Part shown: one piece after another, positions 45,285 to 55,322 of the stretch
How the letters are laid out: every line of letters starts with the position of its first letter
How positions within the stretch are numbered: position 1 is the stretch's first letter
Origin: Macrostomum lignano
Lineage: Eukaryota
NCBI GenBank assembly: GCA_002269645.1
Contig: NIVC01000454.1
Location: 1 to 58,167, forward strand
Direction: 5' to 3'
Length of the DNA: 58,167 bases
Translations under genes and position numbers: made by a program
Notes under the pieces: generated by a model
Seen by the model: only the letters and a program-made list of their open reading frames with translations
Told to the model about the DNA's origin: nothing
Databases searched by the model: none

Positions 45285-46742
45285 GGGAGTGACAATTGCA
45301 GACACTGTGACAATTGCAGACACTAGGAGTGACAATTGCAGACACTAGGAGTGACAACTGCAGACAGTGGGAGTGAAAATTGCAGACACTAGGAGTGACA
45401 ACTGCAGACAGTGGGAGTGAAAATTGCAGACACTGGGAGTGCCAATTGCATCAGACACTTGAGTGACAATTGCAACACTGGGAGTGACAATTGCAATCCC
45501 TGGAAGTGACAATTGCAGACACTGGGAGTGACAATTGCAACACTGGGAGTGACAATTGCAACACTGGGAGTGACAATTACATCAGACACTGGAGTGACAA
45601 TTACATCAGACACTGGAGTGACAATTGCAACACTGGGAGTGACAATTCCAACACTGGGAGTGACAATTACATCAGACACTGGAGTGACAATTCCAACACT
45701 GGGAGTGACAATTGCAATCCCTGGAAGTGACAATTGCAGACACTGGGAGTGACAATTACACCAGACACTGGAGTGACAATTGCAACAGACACTGGGAGTG
45801 ACAATTGCAACACTGGGAGTGACAATTGCATCAGACACTGGAGTGACAATTGCAACACTGGGAGTGACGATTCCAACACTGGGAGTGACAATTACATCAG
45901 ACACTGGAGTGACAATTCCAACACTGGGAGTGACAATTGCAACACTGGGAGTGACAATTGCAATCCCTGGAAGTGACAATTGCAGACACTGGGAGTGACA
46001 ATTGCAACACTGGGAGTGACAATTGCATCAGACACTGGAGTGACAATTGCAACACTGGGAGTGACGATTCCAACACTGGGAGTGACAATTACATCAGACA
46101 CTGGAGTGACAATTCCAACACTGGGAGTGACAATTGCAACACTGGGAGTGACAATTGCAATCCCTGGAAGTGACAATTGCAGACACTGGGAGTGACAATT
46201 GCAACACTGGGAGTGACAATTACATCAGACACTGGAGTGACAATTCCAACACTGGGAGTGACAATTCCAACACTGGGAGTGACAATTCCAACACTGGGAG
46301 TGACAATTACATCAGACACTGGAGTGACAATTCCAACACTGGGAGTGACAATTGCAATCCCTGGAAGTGACAATTGCAGACACTGGGAGTGACAATTACA
46401 CCAGACACTGGAGTGACAATTGCAACAGACACTGGGAGTGACAATTGCAACACTGGGAGTGACAATTGCATCAGACACTGGAGTGACAATTGCAACACTG
46501 GGAGTGACAATTCCAACACTGGGAGTGACAATTGCAACAGACACTGGGAGTGACAATTGCAACACTGGGAGTGACAATTGCATCAGACACTTGAGTGACA
46601 ATTGCAACACTGGGAGTGACAATTGCAGACACTGGGAGTGAAAATTGCAGACACTGGGAGTGACAATTGCAGACACTGGGAGTGAAAATTGCAGACACTG
46701 GGAGTGACAATTGCAGACACTGGGAGTGACAATTGCAGACAG
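45285..46742. repeat. ~21-26-bp composite minisatellite (GTGACAATTGCAACACTGGGA and variants)
   Basis: Variant units arranged in repeated multi-unit blocks. Confidence 0.95.
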
Positions 46743-47324
46743 AGGGAGTGAGGGAAAAGAGTGAAATTGGGACAATGAAGATGAATTGCAACTGAGCTTC
46801 AATTGACACGATTCATGATTTGTGTCCCCGTGATTTGATGTGAACAAAGAATTGTGTCACGGTGTGTGTCTAAACGCCAGCACTGCTAAATATTCAAATA
46901 CAGACTCGTCAATTACTCTAATTTTGTATTTTTCTGAAAATTGTAGCTTGCCGTCAGAATCTTTTTTTTGATTGACAATCTCCATTAATAGATTTGCTAT
47001 TTTTATCTCTCAAATTTCAAACTACGCAAAAAAAATTCTCGAGTTCAAATGCCATTGCAGTTACGTTTATTTTGAAAAAAATTGATTTTTGAATCTAAAA
47101 AAAACTTGAACAAAAGCAATCAAAGTTCAGCAGCGGATGGTTTTCATTTTTTATACAATCAGACAAAAATTATTTCCGAGTAATTAAAATATCTTTCCAC
47201 TTGTGTACAGGAGCCAATACTACTACAGAATTCTGAACAAGAAAAAGATAGAGTAAAAATGTGGATTGCTAGTCTATCGCTCTTGCTGTACCACTACTGG
47301 AGTCACAAAGGGGACTCAGAGGGA

Positions 47325-49350
47325 GTGACCTTGAACCCTTCAGTTGGAGTGACATTGTGAGTTTCAATCAGAGTGACACAGAATGATATTGGGAGTTTCA
47401 CTGGGAGTGACCAACTGACCATTATCAGTTGGAGTGATACTGGGAGTGACCAGCTTCAGTGGAGTGACACTAGGAGTGACCAGCTTCAGTGGAGTGACAC
47501 TAGGATCGGAGTGACTATTTTCAGTTGGAGTGACACTGGGAGTGACCATTTACAGTCGGAGTGACACTGGGATCGAAGTGACTATTTTCAGTTGGAGTGA
47601 CACTTGGAGTGATAATTTTCAGTTGGAGTGACACTGGGATCGGAGTGACCATTTTCAGTTAGAGTGACACTGGGATCGGAGTGACTATTTTCAGTTGGAG
47701 TGACACTGGGAGTGACCATTTACAGTCGGAGTGACACTGGGATCGAAGTGACTATTTTCAGTTGGAGTGATACTGGGAGTGACCAGCTTCAGTGGAGCGA
47801 CACTAGGAGTTACCAGCTTCAGTGGAGTGACACTGGGAGTGACCATTTACAGTTGGAGTAACACTGGGAGTGACCATTTTCAGTCAGAGTGACACTGGGA
47901 TCGGAGTGACCATTTTCAGTCAGAGTGACACTGGGATCGGAGTGACCATTTTCAGTTGGAGTGACACTGGGATCGGAGTGACAATTTTCAGTCGGAGTGA
48001 CACTGGGAGTGACCATTTTCAGTCGGAGCGACACTGTGAGTGACCATTTACAGTTGGAGTGACACTGGGAGTGACCATTTACAGTTGGAGTGACACTGGG
48101 ATCGGAGTGACCATTTTCAGTAGGAGTGTCCATTTTCAGTTGGAGTGACACTGGGATCGGAGTGACCATTTTCAGTTGGAGTGACACTGGGATCGGAGTG
48201 ACCATTTTCAGTTGGAGTGACAGTGGGAGTGACCATTTTCAGTTGGAGTGACACTGGGATCGGAGTGACCATTTTCAGTTGGAGTGACACTGGGATCGGA
48301 GTGACCATTTTCAGTTGGAGTGACACTGGGATCGGAGTGACCATTTTCAGTTAGAGTGACACTGGGATCGGAGTGACAATTTTCAGTTGAAGTGACACTG
48401 GGATCGGAGTGACCATTTTCAGTTAGAGTGACACTGGGATCGGAGTGACAATTTTCAGTTGGAGTGACACTGGGATCGGAGTGACAATTTTCAGTTGGAG
48501 TGACACTGGGATCGTAGTGACCATTTTCAGTTAGAGTGACACTGGGATCGGAGTGACAATTTTCAGTTGAAGTGACACTGGGATCGGAGTGACCATTTTC
48601 AGTTAGAGTGACACTGGGATCGGAGTGACCATTTTCAGTTGGAGTGACACTGGGATCGGAGTGACAATTTTCAGTTGGAGTGACACTGGGATTGTAGTGA
48701 CTATTTTCAGTCGGAGTGACACTGGGAGTGACCATTTACAGTTGGAGTGACACTGGGGGTGACCATTTTCAGTTGGAGTGACACTGGGATCGGAGTGACC
48801 ATTTTCAGTAGGAGTGACCATTTTCAGTTGGAGTGACACTGGGATCGTAGTGACTATTTTCAGTCGGAGTGACACTGGAGTGACCATTTACAGTTGGAGT
48901 GACACTGGGAGTGACCATTTTCAGTTGGAGTGACACTGGGATCGGAGTGACCATTTTCAGTTGGAGTGACAGTGGGAGTGACCATTTTCAGTTGAAGGAC
49001 ACTGGGATCGGAGTGACCATTTTCAGTTGGAGTGACACTGGGATCGGAGTGACCATTTTCAGTTAGAGTGACACTGGGATCGGAGTGACAATTTTCAGTT
49101 GAAGTGACACTGGGATCGGAGTGACCATTTTCAGTTAGAGTGACACTGGGATCGGAGTGACCATTTTCAGTTAGAGAGACACTGGGATCGGAGTGACAAT
49201 TTTCAGTTGAAGTGACACTGGGATCGGAGTGACCATTTTCAGTTGAAGTGACACTGGGATCGGAATGACCATTTTCAGTTAGAGTGACACTGGGATCGGA
49301 ATGACCATTTTCAGTTGGAGTGACACTGGGAGTGACATCGAGAGTGACAC
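47325..49350. repeat. ~36-bp minisatellite (GAGTGACACTGGGATCGGAGTGACCATTTTCAGTTG)
   Basis: Each unit contains two GAGTGAC cores. Confidence 0.95.
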
Positions 49351-49504
49351 AGACAGTCTAGATAGGAAATTATAAAGAAAAAGAAAAAACTATTAAGCAA
49401 ACACAGGCCTCCTCTACATACGTGTACATGTGTGTCGATCAGCTTCAGCCTCAATAGAAGCAGAAATGCAGCAGGTGGGTGATGTTGCACACCAAGAGAA
49501 GCAG

Positions 49505-50005
49505 CTACACCTGCACAATGGTGCTGCTGGGGACAGTTCGGTACTGCTGCCACCCGGCAGGTGTCACCAGCGGCCGGTGGCCGGCAGTAGCACCGCTCTG
49601 CCTGCTCATCCGCAGCCGCTGCTGCCTCCGGTGCGACCGGCACAGCCTGGCGATGACTGTCGATCCGACAACCAGCAGCGCGGCGCCCAGACACGTCATG
49701 ACAACGGAGCAGGGCAGCAGCCAGGAGTACTTGGCCCTCAGCTGTACATCAGCCAGGAAGGCGCCGCCAACGATGAAGAGACCCGCGGCGCCAGGAAACA
49801 GCAGCAGGATGGCGAAGGTGCAGAGCTGCAGGGTGTTGCCGCTGGAGTGCAGCAGGAAGTCGTCAACCTCGGAGGCCAGGCCCATTGCTTCGGTCAGGGG
49901 GCTGTCAGCTGGCTGAGGCCTGGCGCAGCAGGTAATAGCAGCTGGCTCAGCGATGTGGGTGCGGCCCAGCCTGGAGCCAATGGCAGGGCAGCGGAGGACA
50001 AACAC
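49505..50005 (-). CDS. Small two-pass membrane protein (ATG at 49885, or an upstream exon splicing at ~50006)
   Basis: Two hydrophobic helices followed by a basic RSHRRQQRLR tail; GC3-rich codons; strong acceptor CTTCCCTCCTGCAG just upstream on the minus strand. Confidence 0.65.
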   Translation of the reverse strand: MFVLRCPAIGSRLGRTHIAEPAAITCCARPQPADSPLTEAMGLASEVDDFLLHSSGNTLQLCTFAILLLFPGAAGLFIVGGAFLADVQLRAKYSWLLPCSVVMTCLGAALLVVGSTVIARLCRSHRRQQRLRMSRQSGATAGHRPLVTPAGWQQYRTVPSSTIVQV

Positions 50006-51054
50006 CCTGCAGGAGGGAAGACTGCCTGAGCCGGAAGATGGGGGATCTCTATCCCCAGTGCCGGGTATGCAGGCAAGCTTTTTTCAGTCCAGCTGAGCAC
50101 ACAAACCTTCGGGGATCTGTGCGAGCTTACGAAAATGCTCTCAACACTCTTCGTGTCCCTGCACAGCCCTTATCAGTTCGGAAACTGCTTTTATCTTGCT
50201 TGGTCACTCAGGGAGGGGGTGGGCGGTGCGGCTTATCTTAGTTTGTCTGCTCTGCGTATCTGCGCATTTTTGCTTGCAAGTGCTCGCGCTTTGGCTCGGC
50301 ATAATTTTTGCCTGCTGCGACGGAAGAATTTTGGTTCCAATTGCCTGTTGGAGGCTATTTGGTCCAATTTTAAGGCTAATCAAGAGTGCTGGACACTCCA
50401 GTGCTGACCAAAGTGGTGACACGTCAGTACGGAAAAATACAATTTAGCGCCATCACCCATGTAAATAGCATCTTAGGCCTGGGTACGACCTGACCTGCAA
50501 CAAGCAGGGGCAGCAGTTTCAACTGGTTTTATATGAATTTGCCTCATCCTATAGCCGCGATAGCTGAATTCAAAACTGACACCAATAGTGCACTCTTGCT
50601 GCCGTGTTGCGTGCTGTCGTCACAGCTGTGGCTGCGGCCCGGCTGAGCTGTTTGCTCAGGAATGCTCGAGTGTGTTTGCATTTGAGAGAGAGAGAGCTAT
50701 AGGAGCTCAGATCTCGGGGATCCCGTTACCCCATGGCTGGCGGGCCAGGGGAAAATGGATAAGGATTCCCCCAGATGGCGGCTTCAGGGCAGCTCCAGGC
50801 CTCCCAGACCCGAAACCCACAGGTTTGAGCAGTTGCTGGCATAAGAAACACTGCAAAGGCCTGCAGCTATCATTGCACGCTGCTCATGCGGCAGAGAAGT
50901 GAGTATTATCGTGCGACTTATCGGAGTCGACTCAACAGAGCAAACAGAATCCAACAGAGTTCCTGTCTGAATCCTGGGGCAACCTCTGACGGATGCCTGT
51001 CACTCAAAAATTGACAACTTCCCGAATTCGACACAGCTTCTTCTGTCAAACAAA

Positions 51055-53619
51055 CCTAACAGTATCGATTGGATTGCTAATCTATGGCGATCTGGTGACC
51101 TAACAATATCGATTGGATTGCTAATCTATGGCGATCTGGTGACCTAACAGTATCGATTGGATTGCTAATCTATGGCGATCTGGTGACCTAACAATATCGA
51201 TTGGATTGCTAATCTATGGCGATCTGGTGACCTAACAATATCGATTGGATTGCTAATCTATGGCGATCTGGAGACCTAACAATATCGATTGGATTGCTAA
51301 TCTATGGCGATCTGGTGACCTAACAATATCGATTGGATTGCTAATCTATGGCGATCTGGTGACCTAACAATATCGATTGGATTGCTAATCTATGGCGATC
51401 TGGTGACCTAACAATATCGATTGGATTGCTAATCTATGGCGATCTGGTGACCTAACAATATCGATTGGATTGCTAATCTATGGCGATCTGGAGACCTAAC
51501 AATATCGATTGGATTGCTAATCTATAGCGATCTGGTGACCTAACAGTATCGATTGGATTGCTAATCTATGGCGATCTGGTGACCTAACAATATCGATTGG
51601 ATTGCTAATCTATGGCGATCTGGTGACCTAACAATATCGATTGGATTGCTAATCTATGGCGATCTGGTGACCTAACAATATCGATTGGATTGCTAATCTA
51701 TGGCGATCTGGTGACCTAACAATATCGATTGGATTGCTAATCTATGGCGATCTGGTGACCTAACAATATCGATTGGATTGCTAATCTATGGCGATCTGGT
51801 GACCTAACAATATCGATTGGATTGCTAATCTATGGCGATCTGGTGACCTAACAATATCGATTGGATTGCTAATCTATGGCGATCTGGTGACCTAACAATA
51901 TCGATTGGATTGCTAATCTATGGCGATCTGGTGACCTAACAATATCGATTGGATTGCTAATCTATGGCGATCTGGTGACCTAACAATATCAATTGGATTG
52001 CTAATCTATAGCAATCTGGAGACCTAAAAGTATACGGTGGATTGCTAATCTACATCTATAGGAAGTGGGGACCTAAAAATATAGATTGGATTGCTAATCC
52101 ACATCTATAGCAATTAGGGACCTAACAATATCGATTGGATTGCTAATCTATAGCAATCTGGAGACCTAAAAGTATACGGTGGATTGCTAATCTACATCTA
52201 TAGGAAGTGGGGACCTAAAAATATAGATTGGATTGCTAATCCACATCTATAGCAATTAGGGACCTAACAATATCGATTGGATTGCTAATCTATGGCGATC
52301 TGGTGACCTAACAATATCAATTGGATTGCTAATCTATGGCGATCTGGTGACCTAACAATATCGATTGGATTGCTAATCTATAGCAATCTGGAGACCTAAA
52401 AGTATACGGTGGATTGCTAATCTACATCTATAGGAAGTGGGGACCTAAAAATATAGATTGGATTGCTAATCCACATCTATAGCAATTAGGGACCTAACAA
52501 TATCGATTGGATTGCTAATCTATGGCGATCTGGTGACCTAACAATATCGATTGGATTGCTAATCTATAGCAATCTGGAGACCTAACAATATCGATTGGAT
52601 TGCTAATCTATAGCAATCTGGAGACCTAACAATATCGATTGGATTGCTAATCTATGGCGATCTGGTGACCTAACAATATCGATTGGATTGCTAATCTATG
52701 GCGATCTGGAGACCTAAAAGTATACGGTGGATTGCTAATCTACATCTATAGGAAGTGGGGACCTAAAAATATAGATTGGATTGCTAATCCACATCTATAG
52801 CAATTAGGGACCTAACAATATCGATTGGATTGCTAATCTATGGCGATCTGGTGACCTAACAATATCAATTGGATTGCTAATCTATGGCGATCTGGTGACC
52901 TAACAATATCGATTGGATTGCTAATCTATAGCAATCTGGAGACCTAAAAGTATACGGTGGATTGCTAATCTACATCTATAGGAAGTGGGGACCTAAAAAT
53001 ATAGATTGGATTGCTAATCCACATCTATAGCAATTAGGGACCTAACAATATCGATTGGATTGCTAATCTATGGCGATCTGGTGACCTAACAATATCGATT
53101 GGATTGCTAATCTATAGCAATCTGGAGACCTAACAATATCGATTGGATTGCTAATCTATAGCAATCTGGAGACCTAACAATATCGATTGGATTGCTAATC
53201 TATGGCGATCTGGTGACCTAACAATATCGATTGGATTGCTAATCTATGGCGATCTGGTGACCTAACAATATCGATTGGATTGCTAATCTATGGCGATCTG
53301 GTGACCTAACAATATCGATTGGATTGCTAATCTATGGCGATCTGGTGACCTAACAATATCGATTGGATTGCTAATCTACGGCGATCTGGTGACCTAACAG
53401 TATCGATTCGATTGCTAATCTATGGCGATCTGGTGACCTAACAATATCGATTGGATTGCTAATCTATGGCGATCTGGTGACCTAACAATATCGATTGGAT
53501 TGCTAATCTATGGCGATCTGGTGACCTAACAATATCGATTGGATTGCTAATCTATGGCGATCTGGTGACCTAACAATATCAATTGGATTGCTAATCTATG
53601 GCGATCTGGTGACCTAACA
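51055..53619. repeat. 44-bp satellite (ATCGATTGGATTGCTAATCTATGGCGATCTGGTGACCTAACAAT) with higher-order blocks
   Basis: About 57 units; a 142-bp variant trimer recurs five times. Confidence 0.98.
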
Positions 53620-54289
53620 AGCGTCTTGGAACTGAAAAATTGCCGTTTAAAAATGATTCACTCTGCGCACCTCCAACACTTCCAATCCAAATCTAAGGCT
53701 TGCTTTAAAGACTCCTTGAGCAAAACCAGCAGAAGCTCCCAGCCGCCTGCACCCTGTAAGTTCTGCTGTTCTGTAAATATCGAAAGAATGCAGCCAGGCT
53801 CCAAAGCACGACATGCAAATACAAAGAAGCTTCAGCATTGGGGATCGCGGGAGCAAGAAACCCGGCCGGCAATTCTTGAACGCATTAAAGCCGGCGGCGC
53901 AGGGAGGCCTGCAGATTCGCTTAATTTACTTCATTCGGCCGCGGGCGCAGGGAGCAGCTTCCACCAATCCTTGATGCAGCATTAGCCAATAAACAATGCA
54001 GGTCCCCATGCGGTGTCCCAAACAGGACCAAGCTCTGCCCTCGAGGAGTTCATTGCGGTTGCGACAAAGTTTTAATTGGCTTCCATTTTCTTGTACGATA
54101 TATGGCAGAGACCCGAAGCAAACTAAAGGAAAGTCAAAAGAAATTTCCTAAGATAGACGGAATGGCCCACCCAGTGTGTGGGCTTCGAGGCCAGCCCAAG
54201 CCTAAAAAAGTCTGTGCTTTGCATTGAAGTCATATCAAGTTTGACTTTACGAGTGGCGGAATTACCAGTTTACCTTGCAGTTCATGACT

Positions 54290-54450
54290 CAAAATACCAG
54301 TTTACATTGCAGTTTGTGTTTCAAAATACCAGTTTACATTGCAGTTTGTGTTTCAAAATACCAGTTTACATTGCAGTTTGTGTTTCAAAATACCAGTTTA
54401 CATTGCAGTTTGTGTTTCAAAATACAAGTTTGCATTGCAGTTTGTGTTGA
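54290..54450. repeat. 32-bp minisatellite (CCAGTTTACATTGCAGTTTGTGTTTCAAAATA)
   Basis: About 5 units with degenerate flanks. Confidence 0.85.
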
Positions 54451-54872
54451 AAGATAGAAGTTTACCTTTAACTTTTTTGTTTAAAAATATCAGTTTACCT
54501 TGAAGTTTATGATTCAAGTTACCAGTTTGAATTTCAGTTCACGCTTAAAGACACACCAGTCTACTTCACATTTTCTGTTTGAAGGTACCAGTTTACATTT
54601 AAAAAATTAGTGACAGAAACAACGAAATGTGTAAAATAAACACGAACATTACCTGATTAACAAGCAAAAACAGGCATTTATTTGTATTTAAATACTGTAG
54701 ATAAATTTTGCATTAACCCAGTCCCTCTCCTTGAACAAAGAAAGTTCAGTTTCAAATGCAAAAGCAGCAGTCATTTTACCATACTAGGCCTACTACTAGT
54801 AAGTAGTATAAAAAGGGGGCAAGTTTTGTCTAGAATTGGATGATTTTAAGCCAACCAAAATGCACAAAACGT

Positions 54873-55322
54873 TCAATGCAGGCGCGGGACTGCAGATGTC
54901 TCGCAGATGAGTTGCGACCCTGGCGGCCCCGGCAGCACCGCCCGAATCCAGTCGCACTGGCGGAACCCGTACGTGGCGAAGCTCCGACACAGCCGGCACG
55001 TCACCACGCCAACCATCCGCCGGTGCCGCCGACGCCGTCGGCAGCGAATGTCTGCGGTGACACCGCTAACCAGCGGCAGTCGGCAGCGTCGGCAGAAGCC
55101 GCGTCGAAGCAGCGGCGGCGGCCGGGTCTGCGACTTCTCGGCCAGGGTGAACAGGGCCTCGGCATGCTGCCTGGCCAGCATCTGGCCAGCCTGGCCGCCC
55201 TGCCCGGCCAGCAGCCTAGCCACCGCCTGCAGGTGGGCGATCCGCCTCACAGCCTGCTTGTTCTGCGGCTTCTGCTTTGCAGACTTGGCGGTTGTGGCGG
55301 CTTTGTCAGTTGGTTTTGGCAT
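54873..55322 (-). CDS. RPP21: RNase P subunit Rpp21/Rpr2 family protein (149 aa)
   Basis: RIAHL.A.A...LARQH....AEK..R....LRRGFCRRC..PL.SG.......VVTCRLC: two CxxC zinc-ribbon motifs in the Rpr2 layout. Confidence 0.88.
   Translation of the reverse strand: MPKPTDKAATTAKSAKQKPQNKQAVRRIAHLQAVARLLAGQGGQAGQMLARQHAEALFTLAEKSQTRPPPLLRRGFCRRCRLPLVSGVTADIRCRRRRRHRRMVGVVTCRLCRSFATYGFRQCDWIRAVLPGPPGSQLICETSAVPRLH

Noticed and set aside
43156-48887. His/Cys-rich (CHSHCHPY) and VTPT-rich ORFs up to 576 aa
   Set aside because: Products of the GTGACA satellite; overlapping ORFs occur in several frames on both strands.
53647-53856. 69-aa minus-strand ORF with a signal-peptide-like start
   Set aside because: Short, lacks the GC3-rich codon bias of real exons here, and has no recognisable domain.
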